A stretch of 64,000 bases of DNA, taken from a virus. Lineage: Duplodnaviria > Caudoviricetes. The translations under genes and the position numbers were made by a program. The notes beneath the pieces are model-generated. The model did not search any database. It was not told the DNA's origin and worked only from the letters and a program-made list of their open reading frames with translations. Positions 9,840 through 20,639 of this stretch are shown one piece after another. Each line of letters starts with the position of its first letter. Position 1 is the first letter of the stretch. The stretch spans positions 96,001-160,000 of IMG/VR virus record IMGVR_UViG_2834368228_000004, one strand, 5' to 3'.

Positions 9840-10925
9840 ATGATTAATACAGACACGCTTGAATTAAGTGAATCGTCTCAAGATATTTTAAAACGCATGA
9901 CTCGTCAATTGAGTCTGGATGAGGATTGGAACCAGATTCCAAAATCAGAGCTTGTTACTGTGAAAGAAGCTTTAAATACACAAGATGCAAAAATATTAAT
10001 GCCACGTGTAATTTCTGGAATGATGAGAGAAGCGGCTGAGCCCAACTACATCGCAGCTGATTTTCTTCAAAAAGTTAGATTAACAGAGGGACGTTCAATT
10101 GAATTCCCATCTATGAGTGCATTAAGAGCTTTTGATATTGGAGAAACACAAGCGTATCCAGAAGACACTCCTAACTTCCAACTACACCGAAATCAAGAGG
10201 TTAAGGTTGGTAAGTCGGGGATGATCGTACGAATTTCTGATGAAATGATTACAGACTCTCAATGGGATGTAATTGGAATCTTGCTACGTCAAGCTGGATC
10301 AGCTATGGCTAGATTGAAAGAGGAAAAAGCATTTAGACAATTCTCTGCACACGGACATACAGTGTTTAATAACGAAATTCGTGAAAAGCACAAGGAAGCT
10401 GGTACGACTGGTATGGATATCGAAGGGAATTACAATAATACCATGTCTACAGAAGACTTAATCGACATGTTTATTGGTGTAATGGCTAATGGTTTCAACC
10501 CAACAGACATTATTATGCATCCACTAGCATGGTCTATGTTCTTTAAGAACGATATTATCAATAGTTTGACACATGCAGCACTTGGTGGATCTCAGATTAC
10601 AAATCTAAAGATTAATCCAGATCAAGTTCAAGGACGTATTCCTTTCGCAATTAACTTGAACTTTACACCATTTGCACCATTTAATCATGATGCGAAGATG
10701 TTCGACATGTATGTGATTGATCGAAATCATGTAGGGATTTTACTTGAAAAAGATCCGCTATCTACAGAGCAATTTGATGACCCTGAACGTGATATTCAAT
10801 CAATTAAAGTGAAAGAACGTTATGGTATTGGAATCTTAAATCAAGGTAAAGCGGTAGCCGCAGCTCGAAACATTGCATTCGATAAATCTTACCCTGCACC
10901 AGAACGTATTAAAGTTGTATCTTAA
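9840..10925 (+). CDS. Major capsid protein (HK97 fold)
   Basis: 361 aa; KSGMIVRISDEMITDSQWD, AMARLKE, IIMHP and KERYGIG motifs; strong AGGAGG RBS and a downstream terminator. Confidence 0.88.
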   Translation: MINTDTLELSESSQDILKRMTRQLSLDEDWNQIPKSELVTVKEALNTQDAKILMPRVISGMMREAAEPNYIAADFLQKVRLTEGRSIEFPSMSALRAFDIGETQAYPEDTPNFQLHRNQEVKVGKSGMIVRISDEMITDSQWDVIGILLRQAGSAMARLKEEKAFRQFSAHGHTVFNNEIREKHKEAGTTGMDIEGNYNNTMSTEDLIDMFIGVMANGFNPTDIIMHPLAWSMFFKNDIINSLTHAALGGSQITNLKINPDQVQGRIPFAINLNFTPFAPFNHDAKMFDMYVIDRNHVGILLEKDPLSTEQFDDPERDIQSIKVKERYGIGILNQGKAVAAARNIAFDKSYPAPERIKVVS

Positions 10926-10941
10926 TAAAAATAAATGACCG

Positions 10942-10975
10942 AAAGGGCGAGCGATAATGGTTGCTCGCCCTTTTT
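10942..10975 (+). terminator. Rho-independent terminator after the major capsid gene
   Basis: AAAGGGCGAGCGA-taatgg-TTGCTCGCCC-TTTTT. Confidence 0.85.
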
Positions 10976-10991
10976 CATAGGAGGAAAAGCA

Positions 10992-11387
10992 ATGCCTAAA
11001 TTAGTAGTAGGTTTATCAGGGAACACAAATAGCTATTATGATGCAAAAACAAACACATATATTACAAAGTTAAATCCAGTTCGTGAAATAACATATGGTC
11101 CAAATACAAACTTGTCAGGAATTTGCCATGCTGTAAATTCTCATATTCCAGCGCTAAATTTATATGAAGGTAAATTTCCTAAGAAAACATTAGATGCTTG
11201 GAAAGCTAAATATGGACTTGTAGGGAAGCAAGCTTTGAATAGGGCTGATGTGAATCAAGATAAGAGCAAGGATACTGATCCAGAGGAGCCAGAAGTTATT
11301 GAACCTCCAGTAGATGACCATGAAGAGCCTGAAGAACCAGAGGTTCCTGAAGATCCAGATGCAGAAGATCCTGAAGCAGGTGCTTAA
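10992..11387 (+). CDS. Small virion-module protein with an acidic Pro/Glu-rich tail
   Basis: GGAGG RBS before ATG 10992 (the track start at 10935 would run through the terminator); PEEPE repeats. Confidence 0.75.
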   Translation: MPKLVVGLSGNTNSYYDAKTNTYITKLNPVREITYGPNTNLSGICHAVNSHIPALNLYEGKFPKKTLDAWKAKYGLVGKQALNRADVNQDKSKDTDPEEPEVIEPPVDDHEEPEEPEVPEDPDAEDPEAGA

Positions 11388-11439
11388 TCATTCTTAATAT
11401 TTAGGTGGCACATAAAACAAAAGTAAGGGGGTGAGATGT

Positions 11440-13359
11440 ATGGAAGATAATATCTCACTCAAACCAGTGGCAAATGAAAAGCATATTGATCGACTATACC
11501 GAACAATTTCTTTACCTGATTATCATCCAAATGATAATATCCGTATAAAAGTTTTAGATTTTGAGAGAAATACAGTTGAAACTTTAAATCAAGTAAAAGT
11601 TGATTTAGGAATGGATAGTGGTTATGGTAGTCGCTATCGTGTACGAGCAAAGCTTTCAATGGCTGTTGCTGGTGTAAGAGAATCTTATTGGCTAGAACAG
11701 AAAGAAGAGGCAATAGCAGGAATAGATAAGATTAATCACTATCGCATTCGTGGTGTGTCGGATAAAAAGCTGCGAAGTGATTGGGTTTATTCTAATGTGA
11801 AAGATGATAAAAATGACACGGTTTTATATGAATTACTTCATGATATATTAGAAGTTTTACTGACAGCAAACGATGAAGACTTAGAGTATGTTATTGATAC
11901 GATGGCAGCAGACATGATGCAAAGTATTATGTTAGAGGAGGCACCAGAAATTCAAAGTCAATTCTCTGATGATGAAGAACTCAGTACCTCCATCAAATCT
12001 GCAAGTGCTTTATTAAGTTCTGTAATGAAAAGGGATTTTAATGAAAACTTAGTAAGTTCTGTTCAATCATTTGTCGAACTTCTTCGTTCATATAATGTTA
12101 TGGATAGGTTTGAAGAAAAACAGACTGACTTTATATATCTTCTTTTAGAATCCTTCTTAGAGGAGAAATTAGATAATATTGTAAAGAATGCAACCTATGA
12201 AGCTATTTTGAGAAATGACGAGGAAATTCACTTATTATTGCAAACAGCTTATGAGTTAGACGTTAAGGGTAGCCTAATCAATGCTCTTTACCGTACGAAT
12301 ATAGATGATCACTTTGTGTCTTTAGTGAATGATACAGTACAATTAATCTCAGAACCAATTGTCTACGAGGAGATTGTATATAAGCAAAATGAAACTTATT
12401 ACAATCTATTTAAAACAATGTTGGAAGAAATTTATTTGCCATTATTAGTGTTAGATCAACAATCGGTATTATTAGAGAGTGACTTAAAGGATAAGAACTT
12501 GTCTAGAGTTACAGAAACTCCAACAGAGATTGAATATATTCATCATAATCACATTGTTAAGGAGTCAATGGTGAGAGATATTATAGAACTTTTAATACAT
12601 GATTTTGATAAACCAATTCAAGACTTAACAATCGACTTTCTTGAACATATCATAACTCCTGCAAGAGAACACAAATTATCCTTATGGATAGAATATGCTC
12701 CTGTTGAATTGATTGAGTACATTACTTCAATTAGCTCAAAGACAAGTCTAGTTGATTCTACAAGTAGATTGACAATAAGTGAAAAGAAAACACCAGACGT
12801 ATTTGAAAACCTCCACAAGGTTGACACTCAAAAGCGAAAAAGTCTTTCTTATCAGTTTCAAAGTAATCTAGGCGATTTGATACAGATAGTGTCTACATCT
12901 GAAAGTCAACCTTATCAGCAAAAAGTCATCATGAGAGTTTTAGATCAATATTTATCTCAGCAACTGATTGATAAAAACATTCAAAATGATCGGAAATCTA
13001 TTTATTATCAGGATGATGTTAAAAGTAAACAAATCAAAGAAAGTAAGATAGCTAATCTATTTGAAAGAATTTGGTTTAGTGACCACTTGAAGGTAGATAG
13101 TAGAAATGAAATCCATGGAAATAGAGATAGATTAAATGCAAGTACTCAAATGAACTATCTAAATGTTTATTTGCCTTATCTCATGGATACTCACATTAAT
13201 GTTAGAAAAGACAATAATGAAGTTGTCGTTCATTCAATGCCTTCAGATATCTACTTAATGAAAGACATAGATGAAGTGCATTACACTACTGATAGTGTCA
13301 CAGGAAATTCTCCAATTGGTGAATTTGTGTTGGGTAGAAGCACACTTCAAGGGAGATAA
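11440..13359 (+). CDS. Hypothetical virion structural protein
   Basis: About 640-aa ORF; AAGGGGGTG RBS; C-terminal GEFVLGRSTL. Confidence 0.65.
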   Translation: MEDNISLKPVANEKHIDRLYRTISLPDYHPNDNIRIKVLDFERNTVETLNQVKVDLGMDSGYGSRYRVRAKLSMAVAGVRESYWLEQKEEAIAGIDKINHYRIRGVSDKKLRSDWVYSNVKDDKNDTVLYELLHDILEVLLTANDEDLEYVIDTMAADMMQSIMLEEAPEIQSQFSDDEELSTSIKSASALLSSVMKRDFNENLVSSVQSFVELLRSYNVMDRFEEKQTDFIYLLLESFLEEKLDNIVKNATYEAILRNDEEIHLLLQTAYELDVKGSLINALYRTNIDDHFVSLVNDTVQLISEPIVYEEIVYKQNETYYNLFKTMLEEIYLPLLVLDQQSVLLESDLKDKNLSRVTETPTEIEYIHHNHIVKESMVRDIIELLIHDFDKPIQDLTIDFLEHIITPAREHKLSLWIEYAPVELIEYITSISSKTSLVDSTSRLTISEKKTPDVFENLHKVDTQKRKSLSYQFQSNLGDLIQIVSTSESQPYQQKVIMRVLDQYLSQQLIDKNIQNDRKSIYYQDDVKSKQIKESKIANLFERIWFSDHLKVDSRNEIHGNRDRLNASTQMNYLNVYLPYLMDTHINVRKDNNEVVVHSMPSDIYLMKDIDEVHYTTDSVTGNSPIGEFVLGRSTLQGR

Positions 13360-13392
13360 GAATAACAATTATACTATGCGAGGTGTTTTAGC

Positions 13393-15486
13393 GTGAATTT
13401 AAAATCTTTAGAGAAACTAATTGCAGTAATGCCTGAAGGTGAAGGGAAAAAGCAATTGTATGCAAAACTTCATGCATACAAAAAGAAAGTTAATGAAAAG
13501 CCAGACGGACTGCATGATGAGTTTCATATGAAGCCAGAAGGCCACATTCAAATAGAAGCTATTAATAGTGAGGGTGAAGTGGTTGGTGTCTTAGCAGACC
13601 AGAAGAACCTAGTTGTTGATGGATCAGAAGAAATACTACTTCGAGCATTTAGTGGTGATCCAGCTCGAATTCTATATAAAAACCGAGTACCAAAAAATGG
13701 GATAAGCCACACTTATCATGCTCCATTAAATGAAATACTTTCCGTTGAAAATGAAAAGAACATTATTACGCATCATCCTAACGAGTTATGGAAAGTTGTA
13801 AATGATGATGACTTTGAAATTGAGTATGCGTATTATCCAAATACTCTTTATGTGAAAGAAGAAGTGTCAACAGAGCCTAATTTAAAAGCTTTCTCTATTC
13901 ATTCAGAGCAAAATACAAACACTGCTCCATTGACTGCTGAAATATACAGCACATTCTCTAATCTCTTTATTGGACTAGGCGATGGAGAAAATTATGCTAT
14001 AAATTTGAACGATGATCGATTGCAGTACGAAGGTTTTTCTGGAGATGGTGTTAAGCAAGCTAGTGAAGTAAACAGCCTGCTTTCATTTAAAGAAAAAATC
14101 AGCAACTTTGTTGTGGAATATAATGAACATAATAAAGGCGGTAAGCTTGGTGTTCATATCGATGGTGTCCTTGTTGATACAATTGATACTTACAATAGTG
14201 AATTGCAAGATGAAGAGGTATTGAAAAAATCTAAAAGATTTAATGTTCAGGACCATCAAACAGAAACAGAAGTCGATTTAGAGTTTACAGGTTTAAATGA
14301 TGAGCTAAGTGTAGGTAATCTCCAAATTGCTGGAATTAAATTTGATGCTTTTTCAAAAGACATGAATGGATTAATTCATGAATTTGAAAATCACACAAAT
14401 AAATTCCATACACCGACAGCTTATAACACAACTTCAGTTGCTCCATATACTATTAAGCTTGAACATGCTCCTGCTAAAAAAGAAACAATTAAAGTTACTT
14501 ATAATGAAATTGAATTGGAAGAAGTTGAGCAGCTTGACCAAGTAATAGAAGGTAAGTATTACGTTGATTATTATCATGGTTTGATTTACTTTAACCGTGC
14601 CATGACAGGATTAATGGTTTCCTTTGAGACAACTGGTCAAATTATGGAGCATAAAAAAGCAACTAACTTGGATGCAAAAGATGCATTTGTTACTATCACT
14701 GATGAAACTCCAATTGGAGATGTAGATGGTTCAAATAAAGTATTTAATTTAGTTCATGGAGATGTAACAGAGGTTTCAAAAGTTCTTCTTAACGGTGCAG
14801 AGGTTCCAGCAGGCACATCTGCAGGACAATATAGATTGAACATAAGTAATGGAACAGTTACTTTCAATACAGCACCAGATGAGGGCAGTGAGATTAAAGT
14901 TGATTACATCTTTAAAAAACAAGTTCTTGCCTTTACAGCGGAATACAAAATTGATGAAAATAAAGAAGTGATCTTGTTTGATCAGAATTTTAAGGAATTG
15001 ACAAAAGGTGGAGACACAAATGCCTTTGTTAACGATGGGGTATTTGTAATTGACACAACTGACAATACAAATAAAACAATCCTTATTGCTCAGAAAGATG
15101 ATGTTGGTGAACAAATCAGAGATTTGGAGCTATTCTACTATTCAGATGAAAAACCAGGTGTTCCAACAAATTACACCCGACAAGTTGTGTTGAAGCCAAA
15201 AGAAGTTAATCAGTATCCTTGGTACGCTTTAGATAAAGGTAGTATTCAGTTTGTTGCAGAGTTTGCAGAAGATGTTCCAAACAGCAGTATAACAGTTCGT
15301 GAAATGGGATTATTTGATGGTCCACGTATGGACGATCAAATTAAAGGATTCCCAGGGTACCCTGTAAAAGCATTTTCACTTGTTCGTGTAGGTGAAGCTA
15401 GAAAGGATACTGCAACCGGTCTTCGTGTTACTTGGACAATTACATTAACAAATGAAAATGGTGAACCGTTTAAGGGCGGCCTATAA
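13393..15486 (+). CDS. Beta-rich virion appendage protein, paralogue of 15506..17260
   Basis: KPEGHIQIE...KNLVV near the N-terminus, REMGLF...GLRVTWTIT at the C-terminus, Ig-like inserts (GDVDGSNKVF, GTVTFNTAP). Confidence 0.65.
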   Translation: MNLKSLEKLIAVMPEGEGKKQLYAKLHAYKKKVNEKPDGLHDEFHMKPEGHIQIEAINSEGEVVGVLADQKNLVVDGSEEILLRAFSGDPARILYKNRVPKNGISHTYHAPLNEILSVENEKNIITHHPNELWKVVNDDDFEIEYAYYPNTLYVKEEVSTEPNLKAFSIHSEQNTNTAPLTAEIYSTFSNLFIGLGDGENYAINLNDDRLQYEGFSGDGVKQASEVNSLLSFKEKISNFVVEYNEHNKGGKLGVHIDGVLVDTIDTYNSELQDEEVLKKSKRFNVQDHQTETEVDLEFTGLNDELSVGNLQIAGIKFDAFSKDMNGLIHEFENHTNKFHTPTAYNTTSVAPYTIKLEHAPAKKETIKVTYNEIELEEVEQLDQVIEGKYYVDYYHGLIYFNRAMTGLMVSFETTGQIMEHKKATNLDAKDAFVTITDETPIGDVDGSNKVFNLVHGDVTEVSKVLLNGAEVPAGTSAGQYRLNISNGTVTFNTAPDEGSEIKVDYIFKKQVLAFTAEYKIDENKEVILFDQNFKELTKGGDTNAFVNDGVFVIDTTDNTNKTILIAQKDDVGEQIRDLELFYYSDEKPGVPTNYTRQVVLKPKEVNQYPWYALDKGSIQFVAEFAEDVPNSSITVREMGLFDGPRMDDQIKGFPGYPVKAFSLVRVGEARKDTATGLRVTWTITLTNENGEPFKGGL

Positions 15487-15505
15487 AAATTAATGAGGTG
15501 ATAAA

Positions 15506-17260
15506 ATGGATACAACTTCTATGAATCCAAAAGGACATGTAAAATTAGAGCTTTATGATGAAAGTGGCGTATTTTTCACAAAAGAGAAAAAGAATCTTGT
15601 CGTAACTAGCTCTAATGAAATTGTAGCAAATATGATGTCAAATCCAGCTAAAACTAGTCGTCTACGTCAACAAGACGTAGGTGACACACCAGTTACAGCT
15701 AATGAAAATGGAATGTTCGTACTTGAATTAAGTACCAAAGAAAATCAAAAACGAACCGTTTCTCAAGATGTATTATCTACAAACACTGAGACCCTATTTA
15801 ACATACTTGATTTGAAGAGCATTACAGAAATATTAGAAGTAAAAGTAGGAGAAGAAATTCTTACTGTTGATGAAGAAGTTTTCTTACTAGATGCACAAGA
15901 AGGTATCTTAGAGTTTAAAGAAGCTCCTAAAAGCCCTATCCAAGTTAAGTTTTATGAATATGTAGATGAACAAGTATCTATTATTCGGGGTACTGAAAAG
16001 GTTCTTGTCGATGGGCAGGAATGGAAACGGGGCCTGACTCCTAATCATGCCGATAAGGTATATGCAGTTAACTATAAGACAGGAGAAGTTTACTTCCAAG
16101 AAGTCGTATCAAAAGCGCAAGTAACTTATGATATAACGAAGCATTATGGTCTTAGCTTTATGGGACTAGGCGGAAAGCCAGAAGGTCATCCTGAAAATCA
16201 GCCAGTTTCATTTTCTCAAACAGATAAAGCTTTAACTCGTATGGATAATGAATTTGAAAATGCTCGTATGCCTATTCTTTATCCTGCAGTTGTAGAGCAA
16301 GGAAAGCCAGAATTAGAAGTTCTTCCAACAAAGCGTATTGAACAAGAGGATCTCGTATTTACCCATACAGCTGAACAAGCAGGAGCGGACGTTGAATTAG
16401 AAGTACAAACGGGAAACAAAAAAATTCTAGAAATTATCTCAGCTACAAAAACAGTAGAAGATCCTAACAATCAAGGAGAAACGATTCAAACAGATTTAAT
16501 TGTTGATGAAGATATTGTCCTTAATGGTAATCAAGTAATTGTTCTTAGAGGTGAAGTTGCAGAGGGTGACACGTTTGAAGTGCATTTCAAACTTCAATCT
16601 AATAACTTGCATCTAAATTACCAGTTAGCGATGGCACCAATTGTTGAGCTTGTAAGTGTAGTTCATGAAGATGCAGCTACAAATACAGTAACTGCATACC
16701 AAATTCAAGATAGAGGTATGCGGATTGGTTCTGGTGATGTATGGATGATGAATGCAAATGCTGGTGTCCTTCAATTTAGCTCAGATCCAAGTAATGGAGT
16801 TCCTGTTCATACTCCAGGACAATTAACCATCGAATATAAAGTGAACTCTGGTACAGTCGTTAAATTTACTGCTGACTTCCCTAAAGGGGTGCCGGGACCA
16901 GTTACTTTAGAAAAGACAGATTCATTCACATCTCTTGGAGAAACAACATTTATCTTAAGTGATGTAGTAAATAAAGATGGTGAAGGAAACTTCCTTATTG
17001 AATCTGTTACACGTAATGGTGTAGATGAGACATTTACTGTACACCCAGATGGAACTCGTATTGATGTAGATAATGTTGCAAGTGGAGATATTATCGCAGT
17101 GACTTTCAAGTACAGCAAAAAAGCACACAATATTTATCAAGTAGCCATGTTTGACGAAAAAGACAGTACAAACAGTAAGATGTTTAACATATCCGGTATT
17201 GGACCTGTAACAAAGGATGAGAATACTGGTATGCGAATTACATGGTCTGTCACATTTTAA
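15506..17260 (+). CDS. Beta-rich virion appendage protein, paralogue of 13393..15486
   Basis: NPKGHVKLE...KNLVV at the N-terminus, GMRITWSVTF at the C-terminus, repeated Ig-like modules. Confidence 0.65.
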   Translation: MDTTSMNPKGHVKLELYDESGVFFTKEKKNLVVTSSNEIVANMMSNPAKTSRLRQQDVGDTPVTANENGMFVLELSTKENQKRTVSQDVLSTNTETLFNILDLKSITEILEVKVGEEILTVDEEVFLLDAQEGILEFKEAPKSPIQVKFYEYVDEQVSIIRGTEKVLVDGQEWKRGLTPNHADKVYAVNYKTGEVYFQEVVSKAQVTYDITKHYGLSFMGLGGKPEGHPENQPVSFSQTDKALTRMDNEFENARMPILYPAVVEQGKPELEVLPTKRIEQEDLVFTHTAEQAGADVELEVQTGNKKILEIISATKTVEDPNNQGETIQTDLIVDEDIVLNGNQVIVLRGEVAEGDTFEVHFKLQSNNLHLNYQLAMAPIVELVSVVHEDAATNTVTAYQIQDRGMRIGSGDVWMMNANAGVLQFSSDPSNGVPVHTPGQLTIEYKVNSGTVVKFTADFPKGVPGPVTLEKTDSFTSLGETTFILSDVVNKDGEGNFLIESVTRNGVDETFTVHPDGTRIDVDNVASGDIIAVTFKYSKKAHNIYQVAMFDEKDSTNSKMFNISGIGPVTKDENTGMRITWSVTF

Positions 17261-17275
17261 TTAGGGGGTTATCAA

Positions 17276-17785
17276 ATGGAAGCACCCAAACACATGGAGC
17301 GAATTAGCTTTTTAGATGGACAAATTTTACATGATTTCCATTTAAATAATATGCAACGTAATATAGCAGAATCTGTAAAAGTAAATGCAACGAAGGAGAG
17401 ATACGACATTTTAATGCTCGTATCTCCCTATAACTTCTATTTTGCTGAGCCTTTTGTTAATACGAAATACAGGCATCAATCAAGTACAGCAAATTTAAAT
17501 ACATTAACATTTTCCATTAACCAAGACCAATGGATTACACCAGTTATGGAGTTGCCAGAATCTACGAATGAAATGTATTTATATGCAGAGTATGTTGACA
17601 ATCCAGAAGATAAGAGCTTTGTAGATTTTTACTACCGAACAGGTGAGGGAAATAATTGGATTAAAGTAGATGTAGATACTCCTATATATATGCCAGCAAC
17701 AAAATATATACAGCTGCGGATTGATTGTAAATATGAAGGCACAACAAGGCCTACAATTTATGACTTTGCGGCAATGTTTAAATAA
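17276..17785 (+). CDS. Hypothetical virion protein
   Basis: AGGGGG RBS; N-terminal RISFLDGQIL; beta-sandwich-like C-terminus (KYIQLRI). Confidence 0.6.
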   Translation: MEAPKHMERISFLDGQILHDFHLNNMQRNIAESVKVNATKERYDILMLVSPYNFYFAEPFVNTKYRHQSSTANLNTLTFSINQDQWITPVMELPESTNEMYLYAEYVDNPEDKSFVDFYYRTGEGNNWIKVDVDTPIYMPATKYIQLRIDCKYEGTTRPTIYDFAAMFK

Positions 17786-17796
17786 GGAGGGATCTT

Positions 17797-18102
17797 ATGG
17801 CTTTAGTTAGACCTTATCCTGGATTTCCTCAATTTAGAAGGAAAACAGGTGTAATGACAGACTTTTCTGGTTCACGGTTTTCTGACCAAGAGAAACCTTA
17901 TGGAGATCAGAATGGTATAAATCGTGTATTTGTTTTATTACATCAGCCGCTATCAGACAGCTTACAAGTCTTTAAGGATGGCATGTTGATGACTAAAAAT
18001 GTTGATTACACATTAAATATACAAGAGAAACGCATTACTTTTTCAGAAAAACAAATTCCGCAAGAAGCATCTGTAATAACTGTTTCTTACAAACACTACT
18101 AG
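17797..18102 (+). CDS. Small stand-alone Ig-like virion module
   Basis: GDQNGINRVF...DYT...ITF...VSY resembles the insert in 13393..15486. Confidence 0.6.
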   Translation: MALVRPYPGFPQFRRKTGVMTDFSGSRFSDQEKPYGDQNGINRVFVLLHQPLSDSLQVFKDGMLMTKNVDYTLNIQEKRITFSEKQIPQEASVITVSYKHY

Positions 18103-18117
18103 ATTGGAGGGGATGTT

Positions 18118-19032
18118 ATGAATTTTGTAAGTAAAAGTGTACCCCATCATTTGCAAGAAAAAGTAGCTACTGACCAGCAAATAGATATTTTCTTCTTTAT
18201 AGATATTCATAAAGGTTCATTAACAGCTGATAAAGTAATCTTATTTAACCTAACTGAAGAGCGAAGCGAAGATATTGCATTTGAATATTCAAATCGAAGG
18301 TTGATTATTCGCCCACGTAAACACCTATCTCAAAACACACACTATCAGATTCAATTGATTGGTGGAAGAGAAGGGATTAAAGATATTACGGGTCGAGTGA
18401 TGGCTGAATCATATCAGAGCGAATTTTATACAAGTGTAGCTACAACCATTCAGCCGCCAACAATTACATCCCCTACTGACTTGGTTGAGATAAGTGGAGA
18501 TGTATCGTTTAAATGGACTCCTTCACCTGGCGCTGCTTACTATGAAGTTGAAGTATCACGAACCAATACATTTCAAAATTTAGTCTGGCCAGCAAGTGAA
18601 GTGAAGATATATGAAACAGAAGTAAGCCCCTATATTAATTATGAAAAAGGCTTGTATTATATGCGAGCACGTTCTGTGAATGCAGAGGGAAAAAAGAGTC
18701 ATTATACAAAAGCAATTCAATATTATTATAGCGGGCTGCCACAGACGAATAACCGAATCGTCAAAGAGATCAATCCACCTCCTCATATCTTATTAGAAAC
18801 GAGCGCAAGAGTCATAAGTAACGAGACACCTATCAATGTATTGCAGCAGCACTTTATAAATGAATTAGGGGAACAGAAGAAAGCTTCATTTCACCTGATT
18901 CGCAGCAAACCAAAACATAAAGGAACAAATCTTACATTGAACAATAATGAAATTGTGCTTACTTTTAATCAAGAAATAGATCCTGATAGCGTATCAAGTG
19001 AAGCGGTTTATGTGTTGGCTGAAAGGAATTAG
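18118..19032 (+). CDS. Ig-like (Big_5/SbsA-type) plus FN3-like domain protein
   Basis: LIIRP..LSQNTHY...GIKDITG; FKWTPSPGAAYYEVEVS...YYMRARSVN. Confidence 0.7.
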   Translation: MNFVSKSVPHHLQEKVATDQQIDIFFFIDIHKGSLTADKVILFNLTEERSEDIAFEYSNRRLIIRPRKHLSQNTHYQIQLIGGREGIKDITGRVMAESYQSEFYTSVATTIQPPTITSPTDLVEISGDVSFKWTPSPGAAYYEVEVSRTNTFQNLVWPASEVKIYETEVSPYINYEKGLYYMRARSVNAEGKKSHYTKAIQYYYSGLPQTNNRIVKEINPPPHILLETSARVISNETPINVLQQHFINELGEQKKASFHLIRSKPKHKGTNLTLNNNEIVLTFNQEIDPDSVSSEAVYVLAERN

Positions 19033-19050
19033 AAAGCAGGTGAAATTTCG

Positions 19051-20157
19051 ATGAAGGATTTAGGAGTATTAAATAGCGATTCCACGATTTTACTTGAAAT
19101 ACTAACTAAAGATGCATCTGGTAATGCCATAGATATGGATCAACCTGTCATAGCAAGGATTGAAAGGCAAAACGGAGATGGTGTTGTAGCTGTTGATAGT
19201 GTTACACTAAATACATCAGAAGATAGGCTGATACACAGCTATTCTTATGCATTATCCTCATCTTTAGAAAAGGGAAAATACTATATTACTTATCAAGTTT
19301 CTATCAATAATCAAGTTTATCATAAAGTAGAAACATTTCAGATACAAGAAGCTGTAACTGAAGAAATAGTAGATAATTCGGATAGTGTTTCGTATGGGGA
19401 TAAATTGAAGCATGTAATGCCTTCTGATTTTCAAACTCCATCAACCTTAGAAGTAGATGGTAAGAAGTTAATAATAAGGTTAGAAGAACCTCTAAATATG
19501 AATCATACGTATCAAGTAATCATAACGGATGAGTTAGTCTCAGAACAGTCTCAAAGCCCAATTGATGGAACGTATGGTATCCATTTTACATCAGAGTATA
19601 GTCCAATTTATGCGACGCCTTTAGAAGTAAAATCTATACTAAAGAATGTGTTTTTTTACTTTGAGATCGAAGAAGTATATCAAGCTCTTCGTAATGCTGC
19701 CCAGAAAGCGCATCAGCTTCTTAGAATGGCAGCTGATCCAAATGAGACTGAATTTGAATTAATAGAAACAGATGAATCTACATATTTTCCTGCAGGAAAG
19801 TTTACCGCATATCAAGCATCTATTCAGTTGCTAAATCAATTAGTTATAAAAATGGTTTATGCGAATAGTCAGGATTATTTAGATAATGATGATGTGTCCA
19901 TTATTCAAGAAGGTGTTGACAGCTTTACACTTGGTGATTTAACCGTTAGTAAAAAATCCTCTACATCTGATAGCTCAACTTCTGTAGAAGAGGAGCCTTT
20001 AGAAGTGTCTGTGATTCAACGATTAATAAGAAGCTACCAAGAAGAATTGAAATTCTGGACAGATGCACTGATGGGCAGAAATGCAAGAGGATATGCAAAT
20101 GCAATTACAGCAACAAGTAAAGGTTCTGTCACTGTACCAGGAAGTAGGGATATTTAG
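19051..20157 (+). CDS. Ig-like domains plus a putative head-tail adaptor
   Basis: Beta-rich N-terminal part; helical C-terminal domain with YAT..EV and SFTLGDLTVS; synteny. Confidence 0.5.
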   Translation: MKDLGVLNSDSTILLEILTKDASGNAIDMDQPVIARIERQNGDGVVAVDSVTLNTSEDRLIHSYSYALSSSLEKGKYYITYQVSINNQVYHKVETFQIQEAVTEEIVDNSDSVSYGDKLKHVMPSDFQTPSTLEVDGKKLIIRLEEPLNMNHTYQVIITDELVSEQSQSPIDGTYGIHFTSEYSPIYATPLEVKSILKNVFFYFEIEEVYQALRNAAQKAHQLLRMAADPNETEFELIETDESTYFPAGKFTAYQASIQLLNQLVIKMVYANSQDYLDNDDVSIIQEGVDSFTLGDLTVSKKSSTSDSSTSVEEEPLEVSVIQRLIRSYQEELKFWTDALMGRNARGYANAITATSKGSVTVPGSRDI

Positions 20158-20639
20158 TGGATATAAGGAGAGACATATCTGAAATTCTTAAGAAGTATGG
20201 ACACGAAGCTATTTATATCAGGCGAAATAAAAAGTTTCGATGTGACTGCTATTCAGAAAGAAGTGGAGGGCAATCTTATGATAATTGTCCAAAATGCTTT
20301 GGAACTGGTTATACAGTTACAATTGAAAAGATACGTACAAGAAGACAGATATCATCAGTCCCTGAATCTCTAGTGAGAGCTCGAAAGCAATATGAGCATG
20401 GTTATGTTGCTGCAAATGCATATGTTTATTATTTGGAACAACAAGCAAATCCGAAAGATGGAGATTTGATATTAGAAGTCGATTGGAGAAATGGAGTTCC
20501 AGTTAGTGTTAATGAAAAAAATATAATTAGTGTTGGTGATCCATTGCGTGGCAGTGGCGGGCGTATAGAGTTTTATAAAGTGTACTCTCGCTTCGAGCCA
20601 ACAAGGAAGAGTGATAATAATGCCATCACCTACCATTGA
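20157..20639 (+). CDS. Putative head-closure/neck protein with a Zn ribbon
   Basis: CDC...CPKCFGTG and PKDGDLILE motifs; position before the tail genes. Confidence 0.6.
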   Translation: MDIRRDISEILKKYGHEAIYIRRNKKFRCDCYSERSGGQSYDNCPKCFGTGYTVTIEKIRTRRQISSVPESLVRARKQYEHGYVAANAYVYYLEQQANPKDGDLILEVDWRNGVPVSVNEKNIISVGDPLRGSGGRIEFYKVYSRFEPTRKSDNNAITYH

